64,000 nucleotides of DNA from Balanoglossus misakiensis (taxonomy: Eukaryota > Animalia > Hemichordata). The stretch spans positions 4,354,213 through 4,418,212 of the forward strand of contig CM082589.2 in the NCBI GenBank assembly GCA_040954595.2, written 5' to 3'. Below, in pieces: positions 18,701 through 31,070 of the stretch; the first letter of the stretch is position 1; each line of letters begins with the position of its first letter. The notes beneath the pieces were generated by a model. The model was given only the letters and a program-made list of their open reading frames with translations, was not told where the DNA came from and did no database searches. A program made the translations under genes and the position numbers.

Positions 18701-20344
18701 CGTGGTGGACAGAGTACCGCACCAGTAACAACGTACTGTTTTTGAAGTTCGAGGACATGATCAAGGTAATGTTTGCAGAGTGGGGGTACTCATTGCACTA
18801 TTGCCAGTGTCATACCAACCATAGGTGGCGACATTTAAAAATCCCGAACAGGCGGAGCTCATATGCCCTTGTGTCTGACCTATTTCTCAATCTCTGCACA
18901 ACAGGTGCGAATCGTCTGGTTTGTATTTAAATTAGAGTTACGGTGTCAGCTAAAATTAGTTATAGGCAGCGATTGTTTAGATCCGACAACTCTGATTGGT
19001 CAATTACTCTCCGCACGTAGACCACACCACCTTGTGATTGGTCAATTACGTTCTGCACTCTTGGAGAGGGTGTGCAACGTAGACGTTGCAGACAACAATG
19101 CTTGTTTACCACAAAGTCATAAAATCTAAATATATAATGAAGACGCGCGTTCACCGCCGGACAAATTCGCACCTGTTGAAACGGCAAATAGATTGAGACC
19201 CAGTCGGAAAGAAACCTCTGTTCTTGAAATTTTTAATGTCGCCACCAACGGCGGATATGAATAGCACTGTAGCAATATCACCTACGCGGTTGCAGTCTTG
19301 AGTATAAATTTTCCTCACGAAGAAAATTTTAAAAGGCCTTCACATCGGATATATTGCTTAATTGGCTGAGGAAAATTCCTCGAGTGACATTTTGCTCAGC
19401 TAATTTCTCTCGTGCACGACAACATTCAGGCCTACATGTATTATACTTGCTACCTGTACATGTAATTTCAGGATATCCGAAGCGTTGTTATTCAGACAGC
19501 CCTGTTTCTGGAGAAGCGCTTGGATGATGACGAGATCGACGCAATCGTCAGCCACTGTACTTTTCAAAACATGAAAAACAAGGCTGAGGACGGGAACGGG
19601 AAAGTATCGACGTACTTGAGAAAAGGTGAGAGAGTGGTGACGTCACAAACTAACGTCTGTAGATATTTGCCTGGGATGTGCCTTAACATCCTGGCGGTGT
19701 TTTCTAAATAGGAAATTGCTATAAACCTGTAAACAAAGTTTTGACAAGTTTGTTTGTTGTCGTCGTTGTTGTTGTGGTTGTTGTTGTTTGGGGGGGGGGG
19801 GTTGCTGTATGGGGCGTCGTCCTTTCAACATACACGCTGAACGGCCACGGTTTACTGGAACAAACGTTTTGGTTTCCTGGTGCTAGCCCTAAAATGCGAA
19901 TTAAGAGAACAGTGTTTCTGGAAGAAAAGTAGTGACGTCACTTGGCATAGCCACTGCGTATTTTACAGTATTTTACAGTTTTGGAGGGTTTGAATCAGCA
20001 AACCCAACAGTGGCATATTCGTATGCATGTTTGCGTCAATCACACAACAGTTAGAATGTCTCGTGGGCACCCTCGGCCACCTTGGGTGTCTGTGGGTGCC
20101 CAATTAACACACCGACGTGTGAATTTGACGCAGGCATGTAATTGCCACGACTGCCCGTTGGGCACAGTCAAGGACTCTTTCACAAGCATCACGTCGCTTT
20201 CACGTTCGAATTTCCGCAGGCGTGGTCGGCACTTGGGAGGACAAGTTCACTGTGACGCAGAGCAAACAGTACGACCAGCAGATCCACCACAACCTCCACG
20301 GGACCGGACTCCGCTTTGAGTTCGAACACGGGGATGCAGAGTAG
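15776..20344 (+). CDS. Cytosolic sulfotransferase (SULT1-like fold) with a degenerate active site; exons 15776-15844 (tentative first), 17471-17696, 17853-18085, 18349-18472, 18668-18765, 19472-19625, 20220-20344
   Basis: Motifs: VREDDVWILNYPRSGGIWIQE (5'-PSB loop), SPRMIRTCLP, IYLARNPKDVIASYH (3'-PB), YGSWYPH, LFLKFEDM, HCTFQNMK, YLRKGVVGTWEDKFT (RKGxxGxW). Reading frame is continuous across GT-AG introns. The start exon is uncertain. Confidence 0.88.
18799..19277. mobile_element. MITE-like element with degenerate long terminal inverted repeats in a sulfotransferase intron
   Basis: Left end TATTGCCAGTG..GGTGGCGACATTTAAAAAT..GAACAG..CAACAGGTGCGAAT is mirrored by ATTCGCACCTGTTG..CTGTTC..ATTTTTAATGTCGCCACC..CACTGTAGCAATA at the right end. 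No coding capacity. Confidence 0.65.
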
Positions 20345-20547
20345 ACACCCCACCCCCGTCTGACAATGGAAGACGCCAGTCCATCACCCACCCACACATG
20401 GTGTCAAGACGATGACGATTACAACCACCGTTTCATTCATTGTCTTCCATAACTACAGTAATTTAACTATTCATAGAGCATTAGGAGGTAAAAGGTCAAA
20501 GCCTTGTCGCCAGATGAAGTGTCTACTCAACGGGCACGGACAGGATT

Positions 20548-20639
20548 TTAACCCTTTCACCACCATGGTTTGGTCCAAATATGTTGTTTTCTATGGTATA
20601 GTTGGACCTCAATAGAGAAAACTGGGGTGAGAGGGTTAA
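20548..20639. mobile_element. Miniature piggyBac-type non-autonomous element (TTAA target duplication)
   Basis: TTAA-CCCTTTCACCACCA ... TGGGGTGAGAGGG-TTAA. CCC...GGG termini flanked by TTAA are the piggyBac signature. A related copy lies near 31655. Confidence 0.75.
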
Positions 20640-22162
20640 AACTTTCGGCATTTTAAACTAAATTTTTAACTTAGTGTTATTGTTTTACCCACCCACTCAG
20701 TACTGTAGTTTTGTAGAGATGACATATATTTTCCATGTTTTATTCATATTGAGAGTTCAACATAAGTTGCAGAAAATGTGCCAACTGTTAATGTAAATTG
20801 GCCGACCGTTTATATGCTGCGAATGAAATTGTCCTGCCAAATTTGTAGTAACAAGGTCAAAGGGTACATGGATCTTGCTTATGCATTTAGTTGCATGTAA
20901 ATATTGCACCCATTGTAGGAATCTGATTGTAACTTTTTTTTCGATAATTATCAACAAATTTTGTTCAAAGCGAGCCACCAACTGTAAGGTATATTCTGTT
21001 AGACTTCTATAGCTAGAAAGTTTTATTCAAGCATATTTCGAACAACCTTCTATTATATTATTCTTCTCTTTCATTTACAGGAGACTCACATTTACGCATC
21101 ATTACTGCAATTTGAATAACAATTTGTTTGCCATCACTCTTACGCTATTTTAACTATTTTATTAATGTTCAAACAATTTTACGAAGATAAAAATCGACTT
21201 CAACCGAAGCATTTACGAATTCTATATTGACTCTTCGAAGCTTTTATAAGATACATGTATAACAGTTTTAAGGCGTTTATTAGAACCACATTTAAAATCA
21301 AAGGGACGTTGGGTTTTTGGTCTTGTCAATACAGCAGATAACATTTTTGTTTTCAATGATTTTTTTAGAAGTTACAGCATGGCGTCAGTAGGCTCCATGA
21401 TGAAAATGTATCATGGATCTGTCGGGTCGCCCAATGGATCTGCTCCGTCAGATTGTGTTCTCACTAGGATTTTGATTTATTCCCCTGTTGTTTAACTACA
21501 CACAGATAATTTTCTTTGTTTATGGTTTAACGGGAAAATATATCCCGCTTTCTGTATTCTTCCCTGAATCGAATTTTGTTTTCAATGTTTGTATTTTTGT
21601 GTTCCATCAAAACACTCACATGCATGTATCTTTGTAGAACAACCTTGATTTGATGTAATCTTGGATTGGTCGGTAATAAATATTTCGTCCAGAGAGATTT
21701 TTTTGTTTTGTCTTGTTCTTGGACAAAAGTAATTTTCACTGAGAATCTCTGCATAGTAAACTAAAACTCAGAAATGTGAAATATAACCATAAATATTAAA
21801 CTCCATAAAATGTAGACGGCAGAAAGAGTCATGATGTCCAGAATGTACTCGTGACTTGCCTGTCATTCATCACGTTCGTTCTCGTCATTTCAAGCGAAGC
21901 AGCCAGGTTATATGTTTTCAACCACGTTTTTATTAACGACATGGGTAGTAACATTAATAACCAAATGACTGGCACTCGTGTGGTGTTCAATACAAATCAC
22001 ACTCGGCTTAAAGAATTCGAAAAAATGTCCTCGTGTCCTCCTCATCATCATCATCAGCAGCAGTGAAACAGTGTCAATAGAACGACGCGTGGTAGACAAT
22101 AGCGACAGAATGACTTCAACAGGTGCAGTCGTAACAGCCAGTGAATTGCAAGCGGGGGTGAT

Positions 22163-23086
22163 TCAACTCGGAAAAGATGTGACAGGACCGAGTTCAATGG
22201 TTGAAACAGCCGTTGTCTGAGCCCGGCAAATGACTCGGCGAATGGCTCTCCGATACTGAGGGTTGAGCGTCCAATAGACGATGGGGTTGAGTGCGCTGTT
22301 GGCCAGGAACATGGTTGCCATTCCGAACGGAGCGTCTTCGGCGGGGTTGAACGTGCACCACCCCTGGTAAGGTGTCATGCAGGCACAGTACACGAGGAAG
22401 ATCACGAACAGACTTTTGGCTATGTCGATGTCTCTCCTAGTCGCTGCCGAGGTGGTTTGCCACGGGTGGTGGCTGGCTACCTGCTGCTGTGAGCTGCTCA
22501 CTTTGCGCCAGATCTTGAAGTAGCTGAGCACGATCACCGTGAACGGGATCGCGAATGTGAAGACGGCCAGGAACAGCAGGTAGTGGTACCCGCTCTCGCG
22601 CCTGTACATCAGGCAGAGTCGTTCCCCGTCGATGAAGTAGTACCGCGAAAAGCCGAACAGCGGCGGCAGGCTGAAGCAGGCTGCGCAGACGTGGCAGGCG
22701 ACACCCGCCGCCAGACCGAGCTTCTTGGAGGCCCACTTCTTGTAGTGGCCGTTATGGCACACGCACGCGTAGCGATTGAGCGCCGTCGCCGACATGCAGA
22801 AGATGGACGCGGCGCCGCTTTGGATGAACAGGGCCCCGTACAGTCGGCAGAGCGAACTCGAGCTGCGAAACACCCCGCCATCCTGGGCGAAAGACGCCAT
22901 TGTCATCGGGGTGAGGACGCACGAGGTGAACAAGTCGGAGACGGCCAGCGCCGCCATGATGATGCCGTTGGCGTTGCGCAGGGACCTCGTGCTGGCCACC
23001 GTCAGGAGAACCAGGGAATTTCCCGCGGTGCCGAACACACTTACAAATCCGAGGAAAGTCGTGGCTATCAAAACCTCGATTGCCAT
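22163..23086 (-). CDS. Intronless class A (rhodopsin-family) GPCR, melatonin-receptor-like orphan
   Basis: Seven hydrophobic segments; GNSLV (TM1), LAVSDL (TM2), C3.25, ALNRYACVC (NRY variant typical of melatonin receptors), LPPLFG, FAIPF...Y (TM5), CMTPY (TM6), NSALNPIVY (TM7). First ATG (MAIEV) at 23086. Confidence 0.9.
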   Translation of the reverse strand: MAIEVLIATTFLGFVSVFGTAGNSLVLLTVASTRSLRNANGIIMAALAVSDLFTSCVLTPMTMASFAQDGGVFRSSSSLCRLYGALFIQSGAASIFCMSATALNRYACVCHNGHYKKWASKKLGLAAGVACHVCAACFSLPPLFGFSRYYFIDGERLCLMYRRESGYHYLLFLAVFTFAIPFTVIVLSYFKIWRKVSSSQQQVASHHPWQTTSAATRRDIDIAKSLFVIFLVYCACMTPYQGWCTFNPAEDAPFGMATMFLANSALNPIVYWTLNPQYRRAIRRVICRAQTTAVSTIELGPVTSFPS

Positions 23087-24267
23087 GGCGATGGGAAAGT
23101 AGTTTAAGGGCTTGTGCCGAGGCGCTTGAACAGTTGAGTCAGTTCTCTTCGGAAAGAAACTGACAGTATTCTGTACAGACAAGAAATAACCACGTATTTA
23201 TCACGTTCGAGACACATCCTCGAGGTCGTTCAACAAAAGTGTCTACGAAATTCACAGTCTCACCGTCCGGATGCAAACTCTCTAGACGGTTCATTAACAA
23301 ATCAATCCTTGTTCATTATTTCTGGCTTCTGTCTCGGTGGCCTGTTAATTAGCCCGAAGATTGAGCTCATTATGTCAATCAAACAATCTCCGAGATACCA
23401 TGATATTATCATTAGGGGTGGTGTTATTTTTTTAAAAAAAAATCTCATTTCAAAAGATGACAAAATGCAGTAGTTGTAGTATTTGATATAATACAACTTA
23501 CATCAGCTGACAGAATACCAGTGTATAATATATAATATACGGATTAATTTTCACCCATAAAATAGTAATTTTCCGACTCACACCTCTTGCAACATTTCGT
23601 ACCTTTACCATTTGCATACAAGAATAGCACAACGACGCACGGCGACGGTGCTTTTGTCAAAAGATGGCCCACAACCCAATTATTAACTAACTGAGCGGTA
23701 TTTTACATCACAGAGGGAAAATAGCCACTTGTCTGTGATTTATGCGCTCGGCAATTATCGCTGGAGACGTTTACAAAACGTGTACGGACCCCAGCTTTGA
23801 GCACTGCCACCTCGGTATACAGGAACTCACCCATGCGTATGAATCGGCAAAACGGCCTTTTGGCATCGTTCAAACACGCGGAAAATCCTCGCGAGGATCT
23901 CTGTGTTCCACAAGAAAGGACCAGATCCCCGCTTTCAGGTGAACTGCGGATGAAAGCGACGAGGAGAGTATATCCTCTGTTCTTTCGGAGTTTGTTTGCC
24001 GCTCCGTGCTGACACAACAACGACCGACGTAAGTTTTCATGACGTCGACAGACGTCAAATGTCAAGTCGTGCACCAATCGGTCACTGGTTATCGAAGATA
24101 TATTACCGAAGAAACTCAGGCGAAATCCATATAATATCGGTAGAAGCTGGACTCCAGTGATATTCTGAGCCTAGCGTGTTCTGACTCTGATTGTGCAGCC
24201 ATCTAGTGCTATAATCAAACTACAGTAGATTTGTACAGAAGACAAGAAACAAAACCACTCCGGAGAT

Positions 24268-27258
24268 ATGACTATGAGTGGGTGTGACAACGACGAGCGC
24301 CACACCGCAAAGCGATGCAACATTCGCGGCTCGCTTGTCGTACTCGGCTGCAACATCGTACTCATCTTCACCCTGGGTCTCAATCAAGCCATTGGTCCCT
24401 TCTTCGTCGAGCTGATGCGACATTTCGACGAGGGTGCCGGCAAGACATCGCTTATTGTGACGCTGTCGGTATTTTTCGTCACGATCACAGGTAGGAAAAA
24501 CGACAAATGCGCACAGTTTATTGAGCAATTAATGTCGAAGAGGCCGTTAAAAAACGTCCCAGATCACGTACTGATAGGGGTAAACACGGTTCATCTAAAT
24601 GCTATTCTGTTGAATGACGTGGATATATATGGAACAGCGAAAATAAACCCGTCATAATAATTGCATTACAGTTTCTTTGTCCATATGTAGAAAGGTATTC
24701 AAATATTTTTATAACACCGATCACAAAACACGCAGTGGTCATATTTTTTTTTGCAAAAGCTATTGTAATGTGGTAAATGTCGTGTTATTCCATAGGCAGC
24801 ATTTAGAGACATCCTGTGACATTAGGAGATATCTGAGGTCAACCCGCCCCAGCCACAAAGAGGTGAAGCTCGTTAACTCGTTCCACGACGTAACACACTG
24901 ATTTGCATTGATCTGAATGAGCATTTAGGTCAAAGATCAACATGTTCAGCTAATACATAGTTTGAGAGTCTGTAGAAATTCCACGCACTAGCGATTTTTT
25001 GGCCTGCATTTAACTATCTACGAGACAGTGTTTACCCAATTTCTTCGCCCTTTCGGTCAACCAGTCTTGTGGGCCAAACGTAACGGGGCGACGAGAAATG
25101 CGACAACACAAAACAACACAAAACAACACAACACAACACAACACAACACAACACAACACAACACAACACAACACAACACAACACAACTCAGTGCAATGCC
25201 TTTGAAAAGTTCTGCATTTCACCAGCCATTTAAAAACGACGCCTTTCTCTGTTAAAGGCCCGGTTGCCAACTTGATGACGAAACGGTTTGGTTGCCGAGT
25301 GACAGTTCTGTGTGGTGGCGTCATATCAACGGCCGGACACTTGCTGAGCTCTTTTGCACAATCAGTTTCAACGCTCTGTCTCACACATGGCGTTCTTGTT
25401 GGTAAGTAAAACATGAAAAAAATGAGCTTCACATCACGAAAATCGACTAAAAGTGGATGGGGATGATGATGATGATGATGATGATGTTCATCAGTTAGCG
25501 AGTATTTGACAAGACAACTTCAACTGAATCATTGCAACCGTACTTAGTACTAGTAATTGCTTTGGAATTTTCCATTTATGAGATAAGTTTTTTTCTACAA
25601 CATTCGTTTACGTTGATACGTATTTATAGATTTTCTTGCTCCAACGTTGAACAAATCTCTTTGTGTTTTGAAAGGATTTGGCTATGGTCTGACTTACAGT
25701 CCGAGCGTCGGAATGGTGTCCAAGCACTTCAAGAAGAGACACGCGATAGCCAACGCGTTAGCCTACACCGGGTCCGGCCTCGGCATCTTCATATTCCCGC
25801 CGCTTCTCCAGCTCCTGATCGACACGTACGGCTGGAGGGGTTCGTTCCTGGTGTTCGCCAGCGTCAGCGCCAACATCTGCGTGTGCGGGGCGCTCTTTGT
25901 GGAGCCGCCGCTGACGCCGGGTGAGGAACCGCCACCGGCCGCCGAGAGTCACCTCCGCGACACCGCGGACGTTGGCACGCAGGCGGATATGGACGAAGAG
26001 CTTGGCGTTTGGAGCGAAAGCCGAGAATGGGGGATGGAGATGGACCTCAATTGCAATGCCCGTGCGCCAGTAAGTGGCGAAGATGACAAGTATACAGTAA
26101 ACGAAGGGGGTACGATGCAAATTGATGGAAACATTCAATATAGACGGCACCACATTTCGGCGTCTGGAGTATTGCAAACAATTGGAAACTCTCTGGACCT
26201 ATATCTTTTCCGGGAAAGTCCGCCCTTCGTTCTCATGGTTATTTCCTCGTTTTTCCTCGGATTCGGACACTACATCGCCGTGGTCTATTTGCTGCCACGG
26301 GCGGAATCCCTGCAATTCGCCAACGCCCAGGGAAACGCATTCCTGGTCTCTGTGATGGGAATCTGCAGTGTCATCGGCCGGAGTAGCCACGGGTTTCTTT
26401 TGGAATGCAAGGCGATAACTGGATCTCGCTTGTACATCCTCTGCCTCCTTGCCGCGGGCGTCGCGTCACTTTTGAGTGGACTGGCGAAATCGTACGTGAC
26501 GTACGCCGTCTACTGTGCGCTGTTTGGCCTGTGCAGCGGCATGTACCTGCCTCTGATCGCCGTTATCCTGTCGGACTTCCTCGGCCGGGAGAAGTTGATC
26601 AGCAGTCTGGGATTAGCGACCGCTTCTTTGGGAATCGGTCTAGTCGGCACTCCTATTGCGGGTACGTAGGTGCAATGTGGATGAGAGATGGGGTCAATTT
26701 TTGAAATCATTTCGCAAGTTCGCTTGTAAGAAACAACAAACCAATCGTCCATTATGGGGAAACTTTAATTATTTACATATATTCGTTTTTTTTTACTGTT
26801 TCTGAGTTTGATAAACGGATGCATAGAGAGATGTAGCTGGACTTGTAGTCAATAGACTTTGAACGAGTGGATAAATGAATGGGCGAGTTGTTCAGTCAAT
26901 CGATCAGTCAATTAGTTAGTTAATAGATCGATCGATCAATCAAAACTAAATGACAACATTCTGAATATCGTCTTTTTGAAATGATGCTCGCTTTGACTAA
27001 GCACATACCAACCAAACATACCATGTTTGCTCGACAGGTTGGATCTACGACTTGACCGAAAACTACGACAATGTGTACTACCTCGCCGGCATCTCCCTGT
27101 GTCTGGCCGGTCTTCTCATATTTCTCGTGCCTTACCTGGACGGCAGAAAGACGGAGAGAAATTCCACCAAAGAGACCAATGGCTTGGACAACAAGGGCTA
27201 TGATCACGCAAGCGATGACGTCACCAATAAACGCCATGTCCTCTCCCTAAACCAGTGA
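24268..27258 (+). CDS. SLC16 monocarboxylate transporter family member (MFS); exons 24268-24490, 25258-25401, 25675-26661, 27038-27258
   Basis: RGSLVVLGC...GPVANLMTKRFGCR...GFGYGLTYSPS...HFKKRHAIANALAYTGSGLG...LIDTYGWRGS...GTPIAGWIYD. These are typical MCT motifs, and all three introns are phase 1. Confidence 0.92.
25103..25187. repeat. (AACAC)n pentanucleotide microsatellite
   Basis: About 17 units in MCT intron 1. It accounts for the spurious CCVVL and HNTTQ repeat ORFs. Confidence 0.95.
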
Positions 27259-27707
27259 AATGGCAGCGAAGGGGATATGAAGTCTGTTCAGTTCAAATAC
27301 AAAGACATTATTAATCAGTGCAACAGTGCCAAAATATATGATTGCGTAACGTATAATTTTATGCAAATCGTGGGATTTCCTCATTTCAGTTTCAACATGC
27401 AACCGAAAATTTAACAGATCCACAGTAAAAATTTCTCTGTGTGTATTTATTTTAATATACACGATTACATTTGACGACAGTATTTCTCTTAACACAGGAT
27501 TGAAGCTCTTGTGGGCAGTACATGTTTTTTTTCTGCGTGGCCACCTACTGAAAATCTGCGATTGGCTAGATCTTTCTTTCTATGGTAGCTGTGGTTAAAT
27601 ATGGATGGGCGACTGGTTGCATCGATTCCTGGTGAGCTTGGGATTTGGAAATGGCGACTCAGTTCGATGGATAAGACCGTTCTCTCAATTTCACTCGGGG
27701 ATGGCTC

Positions 27708-30524
27708 TTAAAATTCAAATTCAAAATCAAAATACTGCGGATCGAAATTGTGTATTCTGACGTAGCCATCTTCGCCACCACTGCTGTAACTGAAATGGGA
27801 AAAAAGGAAAGGTGGGTTAGACTTTCAAAACTAGACTGCGAGGGCGCTGTTGGGAGAAATGAAAGCGTGGTATGAAACAATACGCCCGTGTAAGTATCTG
27901 ATTGCTGCAATACACATATTTTCATTTTCACACCCAACTTGAAACTCATATGCTTACCTTCTGCCGTCTGGATGGAAAGCCACAGTGTTGATTGGTCCGA
28001 AATGACCTTTGACCCTGCCAAATTCCTCTTCGAAGATGACGTGGAAAAACCTGGCATCGAACTTGCCGACTTTGGTTGAGGTTGTCGTCACCTCCATGGC
28101 TTCCTGGCCACCGCCGAGAACGACCTGGATTGCCAAAAAAAATTGAGTTTACTTATCATGTTCTGTGAGTCTGTAAACATTGCTGTCTATTGGGAAACAA
28201 AAAAGACCTGGTGACTGTATATCACACAGCGATCAAATTATTCCTCAAAAAACTGCTAAGGATTTTCATAGTAATGCTACCTACTCCTACATTTGATCAA
28301 AACGCACAGTTACGGCAATTTTCACTTACGTGCTCCCTGATTGGTGAGAGTGCCGCAGAATTCACAGGTCGCTCAGTTTTATACGTCTTCATATGTTTTA
28401 GAGTAGCTGTGTCAAAAAGCTAGAGAGAAGAAAATAAAGGAGATGTAAACTGTGATTACTGGGTCCCTTTCATGACCCTAATTGACCCTTACATCCTGGT
28501 TATATGTGGCTCGATGATCTCTTGACTACGACATACAAAATCTCATTTTGTTGTCTGTGCACAAAGATATAAATGTACACGAGCAGAATATTCCATTTGT
28601 TACCTTCGACGTGTTGTCCTTGGAGGCAGTTATCAGCATTGTCAAGTCCTTTGAGGGCTGGATGTCGTTCACCTGTTTACTGTGTTCCTTGATAGAATTC
28701 ACAACGGTTCCATCCTGCAACAGCACGTATTACATGAACAATGCTGGCACTTAGCTGATACATACACACATACATATATATATACACATACACACTGGTA
28801 CATATGATAGACATATTTTTCAGACAAAGAGATAAGTTTTTATTGCAATACAAACAAACCAAGGGCTAAAAGTTACTCACCTTTGCATCAAAGTGACATA
28901 TTTCGCCATTTTCATGACCTGTGACAATGTACTCGTCCAATGGACCCCACAACGCACTGGTGACTTTATTTCCTGACACTGGCACATTTAGATAGGCGTT
29001 GTCATTCGCTAAAAATGTTGACAAGGTAAGATCAAGGATTACATATTAATATCATGCTGCAGTGATGCACAGTGTACAAGTAGATGTTTTGTGATGCTGG
29101 GAAAGACAGAAGAATTCGTGGTTGCTTATGTCAAACTGGGGATACCTGCACAATATTTGAAATGTTACTCACCAAATTGACTAGGATCTCTCACATCAAA
29201 GAGGTGGATTTGACATTCGTAACCCATCTGTTTGTCAGTCGAATACATGATCTGTTGCCCGGTGAATGAAAAGCCGCATGTTCTCACAGCCGAGTTTGTG
29301 TCAACCTTGCTTATAGTTTTACCTAGACAAAGAAAAGTTTTGTAGGACAGAGGCATTAAAAATAAGCCTTTATCAAGTTCCAGACCTTTGAGAATTTGCC
29401 AGGATTGCACACGTTCTTGACTTCAGACATTCCATTAATGTTGACAGAGAAATTAAACAAAGGTGGTGACGTCAAGATTGCTAGGGAAAGTATTGCGCAA
29501 CAACTATCTGTACATACCTGTTTCACAATCCCACAACCGACAAGAATTGTCTGCTGAGCCTGTTACTACTTTGGTGGAGTCCCCTGTTTGCATGATGTAA
29601 GGAATCTCAACCAACTTCAATGTACAGACAGGTCAGAACCCAGTCGCTGATGTACAAGAGCTGTGGGCTAACCTGAGGCTAGCACAAGATTAGCAACTTC
29701 AAAATTGTCACGTTGTTTAAATAAATAAAAACAGGGCAGACTGCATCAGTCTACCTTTGAACACTAATACTCAAGTGGCAAGTTAGCTCACATAATACAG
29801 TTTTTGACTTTCAACAAGGGAAATTGAGGATGAGACTGAAAACATATATAACATATTAGAAAGCTTTTCATGATGAAATGAACACAACAGGGAGTGAGAT
29901 AAAAAAGGGCGAGGTGAAAAATGAAATCTGGTGGGTTTGCCCTGAGCGATTGAGAACACTGTGCATCGCCATAATGAAAATACTGACATTTCAGAGAAAC
30001 TTATGACTTTATCAGAGGATACAGCTGACGTCTATAGTCCAGACAGCTCCAGTATGTCCAACAAATGTACCTAACCTTTCACCGTTGAGAGAATACCACA
30101 CGTTGGGTTGTTGATCTTTGGAGCTGGAAAACAGGAGGTCGCCTTCCCTGTTGTACTTGATTTGGGTTACTGAACGTTCGTGACCGTGAAGCAGTAGCGG
30201 TTTCTGAAACAGAGAACGGATGGACAAAGTGAGGCCGTGTTTTCACTCAGATACTGACAACATTCATCAACAGTTGTTAGCAACAGTCGTGACAGTAATC
30301 GCGAGCATGGCCCATCGCCATCGGAAGTCGAGTACGAGTCCCACACGTGTGTAGTCTTCGATCCAAAAGCACAACACATGGTTACACTGTCACCGGCGGC
30401 CGCACTCACGATATGGTCAGTGGTCGCGCACAATATGCGACTTCCAAGAGACAAGGAGTCTCTACTGCTAGCTTAATTAATACCAGATCACTAGCGACAT
30501 TTAAACAGAGCGAGTACTTACCAT
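27708..30524 (-). CDS. EIF3I: Eukaryotic translation initiation factor 3 subunit I (WD40); coding exons 30524-30522 (ATG only), 30203-30023, 29583-29518, 29322-29173, 29008-28881, 28714-28604, 28419-28330, 28124-27958, 27789-27708
   Basis: [27 protein letters not shown]...[11 protein letters not shown]...[16 protein letters not shown]...[12 protein letters not shown]...[28 protein letters not shown]...[18 protein letters not shown]...[13 protein letters not shown] closely matches eIF3i. Confidence 0.97.
29584..30022 (-). other. U12-type (minor spliceosome) GT-AG intron in EIF3I
   Basis: 5' splice site GTATCCTCT; branch-site-like TTCCTTAC (29604-29597) about 10 nt before the terminal CAG; no polypyrimidine tract. 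Confidence 0.85.
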
Positions 30525-31070
30525 CTTGAATTATTATGATCACACTTTCACAATTTCTCAATATTGTCAACCACCCAACGCGCTTGCGCAACATCGGTTT
30601 CAGTCGGCCTCGTTCTTGAACGATAGAAATAATCAGAACGTCTTTCACTAGGTCAACATGTATTTATCATATTTGGCTCAGAAATGTTTAATATCTTAAA
30701 TAATGTTATAAAAATTAAGTCTATAAATATCTATAAATAATAATGTATATGTTCATTATATCTCAGGTCTACGGAATGAGAATCGAGGATGACAGTGAGA
30801 CAAAATGGCGGCACCCTGGTCTTGCTATTCGAATCTGATTCGTATTCATGCTGAATTTCGGATCATGCGCTTCGAGCTACGTATGTTGACGATAGCAGGA
30901 TTTCGAATACACGATTGAATGTTACTATAAGGCGATCCATATTCACCAACTCGAAACTTAAAGTTTATGGATTGCAAAATCGGTGACTTTTCAGGGTGAT
31001 TACGAAGTTGAGTAATCTTACTGGGCCAACTTAGACTTAGTTTGCGAAGCTTGGGAAATGAGGATGTAAA
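30525..31070. promoter_or_regulatory. Shared bidirectional promoter region of EIF3I and TMEM234
   Basis: The divergent start codons are only 546 bp apart. The region contains a YY1-type motif CAAAATGGCGGC (30801-30812) and the palindrome TTGCGCAA. Confidence 0.65.

Noticed and set aside
22163-23086. Possible opsin
   Set aside because: The residue six positions before the NPxxY Asn is Leu, not the retinal-binding Lys.
22437-23107. Overlapping 90-174 aa ORFs on both strands
   Set aside because: Shadow frames of the GC-rich GPCR coding sequence.
25010-25432. Cys-rich repeat protein (CCVVL)n, or a CRISPR-like array
   Set aside because: Translation of an (AACAC)n microsatellite plus the antisense of an MCT exon; no repeat-spacer structure, and the DNA is eukaryotic.
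30247-30270. Box C/D-like motifs (TGATGA...CTGA on the minus strand) in EIF3I intron 1
   Set aside because: The boxes span only about 23 nt, too short for a snoRNA.
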